Below, one piece after another: positions 12,801 to 24,800 of a stretch of 64,000 nt of DNA (the stretch's first letter is position 1; every line of letters begins with the position of its first letter). The DNA comes from Chiloscyllium plagiosum (Eukaryota): assembly GCF_004010195.1 (NCBI RefSeq), contig NC_057720.1:10664652-10728651 (forward strand), in the 5' to 3' direction. Position numbers and translations under genes: made by a program. The notes below the pieces were generated by a model. It was not told the DNA's origin and searched no databases. It saw only the letters and a program-made list of their open reading frames with translations.

Positions 12801-15800
12801 GGCTCTTAAGTCCCTATTTTTTCATCAAATTTAAATTTCTTCCAAAGCAGGATTTTTTAAAGAATTCATTTTTGTGGGATGTTAGCGTTGTTGGCTGGGC
12901 TAGCATTTACTGCCCCTTCCCAGTTGCCTTTGAGAAGATGGTGATGGTGAGTTGCCTTCTTGAACCACTGTGGGTTAACCCACAGTGCCTTGAGTGAGGG
13001 AATTCCAGGATTTTGACCCAGTCACACTGAAGGAATTGCAATATATTTCCAAGTCAGGTGAGTGGCTTGGAGAGGAATTTGAAGGTGGTGCTATTTCCAT
13101 ATACCTGCTGCCATTATCCTTCCAAATGGAAGTGGGTGTGGGTTTGGAAGGTACTGTCTGAGGATCTTTGGTGAATTTTTGCAATGCATCTTGCTACTTC
13201 GCGTCAGTGGTGGAGGGAGTGGATGCTTATGGATGTAGTGGCAATCAAGCATCCTGTATTATCCCGAATGGTGTAGAGCTTCTTGAGTGTTGTTGGGGCT
13301 GCACTCTTCCAGGCAAGTGGGGAGTATTACATCACACTCCTGACTTGTGCCTTGTAGGTGATGGACAGGCTTTGGGCGGGGAGTGGGGGGGTGGCGAGGA
13401 GGGTGAGTTACTCATCACATATTCCTAGCTTCTGACCTGCTTTTATAGTCACTGTGTTTATATAGTAAGTCCAGTGAGTTTCTCATCAGTGGTAGCCCCT
13501 AGGATATTGTCAGTGGGGGATTCAGCAATGGTAACAACATTGAATGTCATGGGGAAATGTTTAGATTGTGTCTTATTGGTGTTGGTCACAGTCTGGCATT
13601 TGCGTGGTCCGAATGTTACTTGCCATTTGGCAGCCTAAGCCTGGACGTTGTTCAGATCTTGTTGCATTTCAACGTGGACTGCTTCTGTATCTGAAAAGTC
13701 GCAAATGGTGCTGAGCATATGGTGAACATTGTGCAATCATTGGCGAACATCCCCACCTTCTGACCTTATGATGGAAGCAAGACCATTGATGAAGCAACTG
13801 ATGATGGTTGGGCCTGGGTCACCAATTTGAGGAACTCCTGGAGAGATGTCCTGGAGCTGAGACGACTGACTTCCAACAACACCAACAACCTTCCTATAAG
13901 CCAGGTATGACTTCAACTGCCACAGAGTTTGCCTCCATATTCCAGTTGATTTCAGTTTAATGAGAGCTTCTTGATGCCACACTAGTTCAAATACAGCTTT
14001 GATGTCAAAACTTGCCACTCTCACCTCACCCCTAGATTTCAGCTCTTTTGTCCATGTTTGAACCAAACCTGTAAGGAGGTCAGGAGCTGAGTGACACTGT
14101 TGGAACAGAAACTGGGCATCACTAAGCAGGTTATTGCTGAGCAAGTGCTGCTTGTTAGCACTATTGATGACCCTTTCTATCACTTGACTGATGATTGAGA
14201 GTAGACCGATGGGGCGGTAATTGGTGAGGTTGGAATTTGTCTTGCTTTTTATGTGCAGGACATAACTGGAATATTTTTCACATTGTTAGATCAATGCCAG
14301 TGTTAGAACTGTGCTAGAAGAGCTTGGCTAAGGGAGCGGCAAGTTCTGGAGCACTAGAATTCAGTACTATTGCAGGAATGTTGTCAGGGCCCATAGCATT
14401 TGAAGTATCCAGTGTCTCCAACCATTTTTTTCAAATCATGTGGAGTGAATGGAATTGGCTGAACACTGCTATCTGTGATGCTGGGGACCACTGGAGGAGG
14501 CTGAGATGGATGATCCACTCGACTCTCTCGCGGAAGCTTGCTTTAATCTTACCTTTTGCACTGATGTGTTGGGGTCTTACATCATTAAGGATGGGGATAT
14601 TTGTGGAGCCTCCTCACCCAATGAGTTGTTTAATTGCCCACTACCATTAATGACTGGTTGTGGCAGGACTGCAGAGCTTTGGTCTGATCCATTGGCTGTG
14701 GGATTATTGAGCTCTGTCTATCACTTGTTGCTCAATGTTTATGGTATACAAGTAGTCCTGTTTGATAGTTTAACCAGGTTGACACCGCTTTATATGCCTG
14801 GGGCTGCTCCTGGCATGCCCTCCTGCAAACTCCACTGAACCAGAGTTTATCACCTGGCTTGACGGCAATGGTTCAGTTGGGGATACAGATTTATAGAGTC
14901 ATATAGCTGTACAGCATGGAAATAGACCCATCCACCCAACTTGTCCATGCTGACCCAGATCATCCCAAATTAATCTAATCCCATTTGCCAGGATTTGGCC
15001 CACATCCCTCTAAACTCTTCTTTATTTATATGCCTGTCCAAATGTCTTTTTAATGTTGCAATTGTACAAGCCTTCTCCACTTCTTTTGGCAGCTCATTCC
15101 ATACAGGCAGCATCCTCTGCATGAAAACGTTGCCCCTTAGGTCCCTTATAAATCTTTCCTCTCTTACCTTAAACCTATGTCCTCTAGTTTTGGATTCCAC
15201 TACCCCAGGGAAAAGACTTTGGTTATTCACTCAATTTCTGCCCCTCATGATTTTATAAACTTTTATAAGATCACCTCTGACACTCTAGGGAAAGCAGCCC
15301 CAGTCTATTCAGCCTCTCCCTATAGCTCAAACCATCCAATCTTGGCAACATCCTTGTAAATATTTTTTTAACTCTTTCAAGTTTTACAACGTCCTTTCTT
15401 TAGCACAAATCCAGAATTGCACACAATATTCCAAAAGTGACCTAACCAACATCCTGTCCAGCTACAACATGACCCCCCATCAGCTACAATCAATATACTG
15501 ACCAATAAAGGCAAGCATACCATACACCTTCTTCACTATCCCATCTACCTGTGACTGTCACACTCCAAGGTCTCTTTGTTCAATCACACTCCTCAGGACC
15601 TTACCATTAAATGTACAAATCCTGCCCTTATTTGCTTTTTCAAAATGCAGCACCTCACATTAATCTCAATTAAATTCCATCTTCCACTCCTTGGCTTGTT
15701 GGTCAGTCTGATCAAGATCCCATTGTACTCTGAGGTAACCTTCTTTGCTGTCCATTACACCTCCAATTTTGCAAACGTACTAATCATCCTCCTATGTTCA

Positions 15801-18800
15801 CATTCAAATCATTTCTAGAAATGACAAGAAGCAGTAGATCCAGCACTGATCCTTGTGGCACACTTCTGGGCACAGGCCTCAAGTCTGAAATGCAACCCTA
15901 TCGCACAACCCTCTGTCTTCAACCTCTGAGCCAGTTCTTTATCCAAATGGTTAGTCCTCCCTCTATTCTGAGCGATCTAACCTTGCTAACCAGTCTACCA
16001 TGAGAAACCTTGTCAAACGTCTTACTGAAGTCCATATAGATTACATCCACTGCTCTGCCCTTATCAATCCTCTTCGATGCATCTTCAAAAAAACTCAATC
16101 AAGTTAGTGACAGATGATTTCCGCTGCACAAAGCCATGTTGACTATCCCTAATCATTCCTTGACTTTCCAAATACATGGAAATCCTGCCCGTCAGGATGC
16201 CCTCCAACAACTTGCTCACCACTGATGTTAGGCTCACCAGCTCACAGTTCCCTGGTATTTCCTTACCACTTATCTTAAATAGTGGCACCTTGTTAGCCAT
16301 CCTCTAATTTTGTGGCACCTCACCTATGCCGAGCCATGAGGTTGCGAGTTGTGCTGGAGACAATTCTGCTGCTATTGATGGTAACAGTGCCTCATGAATC
16401 CCTCGTCATGAGTTGGTAGACCTGTCCAAAATCTAGGAGAAAGTAAGGTCTGCATTCCTGATGCATTCATTCCTGATGAAGAGCCTATGCCCTGTCAATT
16501 CTCCTGCTCCTCGGATGCTGCCTGACCTGCTGTGCTTTTCTAGCACCACACTCTCTGTCTGAAATCTGTCTCATGTTGCACAGTGTTAGTGCCATGCATC
16601 ATGATGGAGGTTATTCTCAATGTGAAGTCGGGACTTTTGTCTCCACAAGGATCATGAAGTGCTCACTCTTACTGATTCAGTAATGAACAGATGCACCTGC
16701 AGCCAGCAGATTGGTAAAATTGAGGTCAAGTAATGGTTTTTCCCTCTTGTTGGATCCCTCATCACTGCTGCTGACACAATCTAGCAGCTATGTCCTTTAA
16801 GATCCGACCAGTTCAAATCAGTACTGCTGCTGCCAAGCCACTCTTGGTGGTGGACAGAGAAATCCCTCATCCAGAGTACATTTTGTATCCTTGCCATTCC
16901 CAATGCTTCCTCCAATTGTTGTTCAACATGTAGGAGTATCAACTCATTAGCTGATGGAGGGTGGTATGTGGTGATCAGCAGAAGGTTTCCTTGCCTATGT
17001 TTAATCTGAAGCCATGAGACCTCATGGGGTCCGGAGTCTATTTAGATTAGATTAGATTAGATTAGATTAGATTACATTACAGTGTGGAAACAGGCCCTTC
17101 GGCCCAACAAGTCCACACCGACCCGCCGAAGCGAAACCCACCCATACCCCTACATTTACCCCTTACCTAACACTAGGGGCAATTTAGCATGGCCAATTCA
17201 CCTGACCCTGCACATCTTTGGACTGTGGGAGGAAACCGGAGCACCCGGAGGAAACCCACGCAGACACGGGGAGAACGTGTAAACTCCACACAGTCAGTCG
17301 CCTGAGGCGGGAATTGAACCCGGGTCTCAGGCGCTGTGAGGCAGCAGTGCTAACCACTGTGCCACCGTGCCGCCCAGTCTATGTTGAGAACTCCCAAGGC
17401 AACCCTTTCTGGACTGTTTACCCACTATGCCACCACCGCTGCTGGGTCTGTCCTGTCAGTGATACAGGACACATCCAGGGAGGAGGATGGTGATGTCTGG
17501 GACATAGTCTGTAAGGTATGATTCCATGAGCATGACTATGTCAGGCTGTTGCTTGATTAACCTTCGAGATACGTCTCTCAATTTGGCACTAGCCCCAGAT
17601 GTTAGTGAGGAGGACTTTGTAGGGTCAGCTGGGTTGTTTCTGCCATTGTCCTTTCCAGTGCCTAGGTCGATGCTTGGTGATCCATTTGGTTTTGTTTCTT
17701 TAAGACTTTATAGTGATTGATACAACTGAATTGCTCAGCCATTTCAGAGCACAATTGAGATTCAACATACCTCTGTGTATGACATCCGCCGACATTTCCG
17801 CCACCTCCAAACAGACCCCACCACCAGGGATATATTTCCCTCCCCACCCCTTTCCACCTTCCGCAAAGACCGTTTCCTCCATGACTACCTGGTCAGGTCC
17901 ACGCCCCCCTACAACCCACCCTCCCATTCTGGCACTTTCCCCTGCCACCACAGGAACTGTAAAACCTGCGCCCACACCTCCTCCCTCACCTCTATCGAAG
18001 GCCCTAAAGGAGCCTTTCACATCCATCAAAGTTTTACTTGCACATCCACTAATATCCCCCTCCCACTCTGCCGAGGACATGGAGGTCCTGGGCCTCCTTC
18101 ACCGCCGCTCCCTCACCACCAGACGCCTGGAGGAAGAACGCCTCATCTTCCGCCTCGGAACACTTCAACCCCAGGGCATCAATGTGGACTTCAACAGCTT
18201 CCTCATTTTCCCCTTCCCCCACCTCATCCTAGTTTCAAACCTCCAGCTCAGCACTGTCCCTTGTCTTGTCCGGACTTGTCCGACCTGCCTAGCTCCTTTT
18301 CCACCTATCCACTCCACCCTCTCCTCCCTGACCTATCGCCTTCATCTCCTCCCCCACTGGCCTGTTGTGCTCTGTGCTGCTCTCTCCCCACCCCACCCTC
18401 CTCGAGCTTATCTCTCCACGCTTCAGGCTCGCTGCCTTTATTCCTGATGAAGGGCTTTTGCCCGAAACGTCGATTTTGAAGCTCCTCGAATGCTGCCTGA
18501 ACTGCTGTGCTCTTCCAGCACCACTGATCCAGAATCTGGTTTCCAGCATCTGCAGTTATTGTTTATACCTCTGTGTGTCTGACCAGTGATGATGGTAGAT
18601 TTGCTTGCCTGAAGGACATTAGTGAACCAGATGGGTTTTTCAGACAATTGACAATGGCTTCATGGTCATCAGGAGATTTTTAATTCCAGATTTTATTTGC
18701 GAGTGTTTGCCCTGGTCCCCAGAACATTTGTTGAGTTTTTTGCATTAATAGTCTAATGAAACAGGAGCCATGCCATTGCCTTCCCCTTTGAAGGCATGTC

Positions 18801-21800
18801 TCCAGACGTTAGCATGGTTTTCTACATTAACACCCTGACATTGCCATTGTACCAATGCCTGCTCTAAAATGCAGTGTTCTATCAAACTCCTGATATGTGC
18901 TTTGTAGATGACAGAGAGGATCTGGGAGTAAGGAGATGAGCTACCCGTTTCAGAATATCCAGCTTCTGACCTCCTCAAGCTTGCTGTGCAAAGCCCCACA
19001 ACAGCCCAGACCTGTGTATAAGTTAATACTTCCTGTGAAATAAATTTTATGAAAGGTCTTACCGAGTCCATGCTCCCAGAGACATCAAGGACTAAGCACA
19101 CCACACGGTGTTTGGCCTGTAGCAGTGTAAAGGTCGGTATCACTGAACCACTGTAGGGTGAGGGGTTGTTTCTGAAATCCTCCGACTCTCTGATTACATC
19201 CCAAGTGCTCCTGAAGTTGCACATTTTGTTTTGCATGTTCGGTGCGTCAGGATTGTGAGTTTTATCGTCACAGAATTCAGTCACCTGGATATTTTAGAAA
19301 AAAAGATGCAACAGGTTAAAGGGGCTTCAGATAGATTGGGGGTTGGGATGGATTAGTTTTACCTTCCATTCCCAGGAAGAATACTGTTGGAGACAGTCAC
19401 CTGCCCATTGTGAAGACCACAGGATTGATATTGCATTGATTGCCTCGGATATCACACAGATGTCTAACAAGAAGGTATCCACAATGTAAGTTTACAACTA
19501 CCCTCAGTGTTAAAAATGTATCCCTCATTTGCTGATAACATTACAATACCTGTTTTAAACAAGAAAAGGACATAACTGTGAATTGCTTCAATATTGAATG
19601 TTGCATCCTGCTCTTCTCCAGTCAATGCAGTTAATGTATCTGATATGCTAAAGACACCAAACTATACATTATCATCAATCTCACAGGCTCGGCTCAGTGT
19701 AGCTTGCAGGAGGAGGCTGGAAATGTGGAAAATCCTGCTCACTGCTGTCACTCCAATGAAGAGTATATACTTCCATCTGTAGTAGAAAAGGGAGAGTGTT
19801 GCTCAGGAATTGAGGGGATGACACTGTGCCTCAGTGATTAACACAGCTGTCTCATACACCAGAGACCTGAGTTCAATTTCAGCCTTGGGTAACTGACTGT
19901 GTGAAGTTTGCATGTTATCCATGTATCTGTGTGGGTTTTGTCCAGGTGCTCTGGTTTTCTCCCACAGTCCAGAGGTGCACAGGCTGTCACAGGGTTAGGG
20001 TGGGATGCACTATGGAGGGTTTTTGCAAACTCGATGGGCTGAATGGTGTCTTTCCACACTGTCAGGATTCTATGAAATTGCAGGTTTTCATCAAAGTGAA
20101 ATTCTCCCAGAGCACTGCTGCCAGTACAAAGACTTCAGTTGGCTGGACAGCAGATTTATGACACAGAGGTGATAGCAATAATGTTCGATTCCTGCACTGG
20201 TTGATGTTTCCATGAAGGACTGTCCTTGTCAACCTTTACCCTCACCTGAGCTGTGGTGTCTGTCTGGGTAAGGCATCACACGTTGCCTCAATCCAATGGG
20301 AGAGCAGTCTTGGCCTGGTAGAACGATGGAGACTTCATTTTACTTTTATATTAATTATTACAGTATAGATATCTCTGGCAGGATCGAATTAACTATGACA
20401 GGGACATGGTGATTCACCTTCTTGAATCACAGCAGTGTCAATTGTCTGTACCCTTTGTAACATTAGGGGATTGCAGTGATTAGATTCCCTACAGTATGGA
20501 AACAGGTCATTTGGCCCAACACGTCCACACCAACCCTCCGAAGAGTAACCCACCCAGATCCATTCCCCTGCCCTATATTTACCTTTGACTAATGCACCTA
20601 ACACTATGACCAATTTAGCATGGCTAATTCACCTGACCTGCACATCTTTGGATTGTGGGAGGAAACTGGAGCACCCAGAGGAAACCCATGCAGATGCGGG
20701 GAGAATGTGCAAACTCCGTACTCTGAGACTATCCAGACTCTAACCAGCTTGTCCAGAATTAACGTGGCTTGTTCAATTCTGTAGAAGAGCCATATTGGAT
20801 TGAAGCATGAACTCCATTTCTCTTTACAGATGCTGCCAGACCTGCTGAATCTCTCCAACACTTTCTGTTTTATTTATATGGCTAGTCTTCAGGAACATTC
20901 AGGAATTCAGCAATGGTAAGGAAAGGAGAGGTGGTTAGATTCTCTCTTATTGGAAATGATCATTAACTTTGGGGAGTCAAAATGTGAGACTATCCAACAA
21001 GAGGAAAATACCACTGATGCTGGAAATCTGAAAAACATGACAATCTGAAGCAAGGAATGAAGTTAATATCTCAGTTCAATGAAATTTTATCAGAAGCATT
21101 CTGAGACTATCCAGCCTCTAACTAGCTTGTCCAGAATTAATGTGGCTTGATCAGTTCTGTAGAAGAGTCATATTTGATCAAAGCATTAACTCCATTTCTC
21201 TTTACAGATGCTGCCAGGCATTTGAATCACAAAAATATGACTTGCTACATTTCAGGCCAATCGTGGATGCGATCCAGGGTTAACTGTCTGCATTACAGAC
21301 TGCATAGTTAGCTAAGGAATAATGAATTGAGTGGAACACAGTACAATCATCCTCACTTCTGTCTTTATGGCTAAAGGAAGGTTATTGATGGGCAGCGAAG
21401 GATAATTGGTCCAAGAATACTATTCTGAGGAGATCTTGCAGGGGTGATCTGGGAAACAAGAGTGTGAGCAATATTAGAGAAACGTTACTCCCAGCAACTT
21501 TACTTACACTTGACAGTGCCTGGATGAACATTATTGATGAGGATACAATCTGGTTTATATCTGGATGAAATTTACAATCCCCTTTCGGCAGTCCTGACTT
21601 GGGATCTGTCTCACACGCTGAAAAGGAGCTGTTTTTGTGTTCAGCAGACCGTCCTCTAATCTCTTTTGAACATCTGGAGTAAAAATGATCCAAGATAATT
21701 CCTTGATTCCAAGTAACATTTCGACAATGCGAGATCACTGAATAAGGTTTAAACTTACAACATTTTGTCCATGCCATTACCATCTTTCACCCATCATTTC

Positions 21801-24800
21801 CATGCTGACTCAGAAAGGTTATAAACAACCACTTTCCTTAGGAAATCAATTCTTCCTTTTCACACTTAGTCCTTTAAAACTTTTTCCACCTCAATTCAAA
21901 GGCCCCTCAGTTCCCCCTTTGCAAGGAAAAGAACCCTAGTCTATCCAATCTTTACTCATTCTTCATTCTGCAGCCCTATTATCATTGGACTGTTTATCCA
22001 AGGATCCAAATAATGTTCTGTGGACCTGGGTTCAAATTCTGTCATGGCAGATGGTGGATTTTCAACTCAGTTAGAAAAAGTCTAATGCTGGCCATGAATG
22101 TACTGTCAGAAAAACCCCACCTGGTTCACTAATGCCCTTAGGGAAGGAAACTGCCATCCTCACTTTGTCTAATCAACATGTGACTCCAGACCCACAGCAA
22201 TAAGGTTGAATCTTCACTGTCCTCTGGGCAATTAAGGATGGACAATAAATGCCAGTGACACCCACACTCCATGAATGAATTTAAAAACTCTCCTTTGTAC
22301 CCCTTTTAGTGCATACCATACAGTTACCAGAACCATTTTGATACGTCCCACTGAGGTAACACACTGGAAACCAAGCTCCACTGTTACCAGAGTCATCTCA
22401 AAAGTTAAAGTTCAAGATTTTAAAAAGTAGTCAAAATTCCCCAATCTGCCTGTCTTTTAGATCCAGATTGACAAAAAGCATGGACCAGATATTTGAATTT
22501 AAAATGTAAGCCACCAATTTAAGAATTGCAACTTATTGCAAATAAATAGATTCAAACTACAGATAAACAATATAATTATTTGAACATAACTGTACCTATT
22601 AAAATTCTAACCTACTTATAAAATTCCCACCACACATACATACACAGATAGACACAAAGAAAACGGTATTATGGGTGGAGGGCAAGCCTAGGAAGGCCCA
22701 CAGGCTTTGCTCAGGTGATCATTTTGCTGATCAGAACACTGCTTCTTTGTCTTCCTCCCCTTGGCATTTTCACAAATTTACTGTTTCACGTTTACAAAGT
22801 TCTCTTCCTTTTTAATTAAAAGTCACAGCTTACAGCGATTAATGAGGGGCAGTGAACTGGCTATCTTCAGGCTTGAGATGCTTTTTCCTGCAGATCAAAA
22901 ATACAGCTCCTTTCCTCCCAGAGTACTGATTGTGTCTGACCAGAACATTCTCGTCCCTAAGTTGTGCAGCTATCTGGGAACTAGTCACATTGGTGTGGAC
23001 AGGCAGATGGCCTTTATCATCAATACCTGGTCACTCATCCATGCAACAATCAGCTGAATCTTCACTCATACACAGCACCCCCCAGCTCAAGATCATCTGT
23101 AATTAGACTTGCCCTGCCACATGCACAAATGGTTGAGTAAATATTCCTTATAATGAGTGTCAGGTAATTTGCTTTAAGTACGCACAGCAATCCCTTCGAT
23201 AATTTTGGTTTTTAAGCCAATCATTTTTCCATTTTCAATCACAATCAAAAATACGGAAAAATAAAAAGATGTGTTCTTTACTGTATACAATATATCAGCT
23301 GTTATCTAACTAGTATTTTGTGTGCTTCCAGCATAAACGTCTCTGCTGTCATAGTCCATGCTTGTGTTAATAAAGGAATGCCTCCTAAATCACCATATCC
23401 AACTGTACTTTTTTTATCTCATTGGAGTATGCGCTCTAATGCTACCCTTTTCTCCTACACTACTTAGTAATCTGCTAGTTAAATCTTCTTGTTTTCACCA
23501 TGCTCAGCCCTGTAAATGCATTAGCTCTCTGCTCTCGGGATTGAATTTAATTTGTCACTTTTCAACCCACCTGATTAATCCATTTATATTTCCTGCTGTC
23601 TGCAGTTTTCTTGTTTGGCATTAAACATGTGGCCTTATTTTGATACCAAGTAGAAATATCTTAATAATAACCATTACATTTAAGTCTGAATCTTTTTTAT
23701 ATATTATACATATATCATCATATGTAGGAGACCCAGTACACACCATTGAAAACAGGCTTCCAGTCCCAAAGATATCCTTAGATCTTTATTCTTCATTACC
23801 TACCATAGAGCTAATTTTGCTTTCAACATTTTACTTGTTCGGAAATCCCACATACACTTTTAGTTTTCTAACAAGTCTTTCACGTGAGATTTTGCAAAAA
23901 GCCTTGCAAAAAGCCCATGGAGACCACAGCAAATGCTCCATAAACCCTCCATGTTAATTGTTCAACAATTGAACCAAGTTCATGAGACTCAGCCTTCCCT
24001 GAACAAATACCACCTGACCATCCTTGATTAATATGTGCCTTTTTAAATGATGATTTATGCTGTTCCTTGGAATGTGTTTCAATAATTTTCTCACCAACAA
24101 GATGAGACCCATTCAATTTGAAAAGCTAAGGCTGAAATTCCTTTAGTCGAGATTGTCATAGGGCATAATCTGAGAACTAGAACAAGACCATTCAGCAAAG
24201 ATCTAAGGATATCTTTGGGACTGGAAGCCTGTTTTCAATGGTGTGTACTGGGTCTCCTACATATGATGATATATGTATAATATATAAAAAAGATTCAGAC
24301 TTAAATGTAATGGTTATTATTAAGATATTTCTACTTGGTATCAAAATAAGGCCACATGTTTAATGCCAAACAAGAAAACTGCAGACAGCAGGAAATATAA
24401 ATGGATTAATCAGGTGGGTTGAAAAGTGACAAATTAAATTCAATCCCGAGAGAACAAGACCATTCAGGAAGCATTTCTACACACAAAGGGTGGTGGATAT
24501 TTGGAACTCTCTTCTGCAAACAGCAGTGCAAGCTGTATCAGTTGATAATTTAAAATTTGAGATTGTTAATTTTATATTAAACAAAGGTATCAACGGAGTT
24601 AGGCCAAAGGCAGGTATATGGAGTTAGGCCACCAATCAGTCATGATCTCATTGAATGGTGGAATAAGCTCAAGGGGCTGAATGGGTTTTTCCTGTTTCAA
24701 TGTTTCTATGTTCCTATATTAGGTACATAGGCAGGTTTTTATCACTTTTGATGACAGATACACTGGTCTGATCCTGCTCATAACATTTACAAACTGTCTG

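Larger units (their letters stand above)
12865..17700 (-). mobile_element. Long decayed LINE family A (CR1/L2-like) with RT and EN remnants, interrupted by younger insertions
   Basis: ORF 13737-14183: [20 protein letters not shown]...DIKAVF..VWH...GVPQ...GPTI.SCFIN (RT). Sequence resumes after the CR1 insert at ~16330. Confidence 0.8.

Noticed and set aside
17042..17075. (TTAGA)n as telomeric repeat (also 60952-60980)
   Set aside because: It is the complement of the HE1-type SINE (TAATC)n tail, not TTAGGG.
17713..18479. Two long overlapping plus-strand ORFs (244 and 234 aa) as a novel gene pair
   Set aside because: Each is a chimera of in-frame and out-of-frame Penelope sequence across an internal deletion in C-rich, stop-poor DNA.
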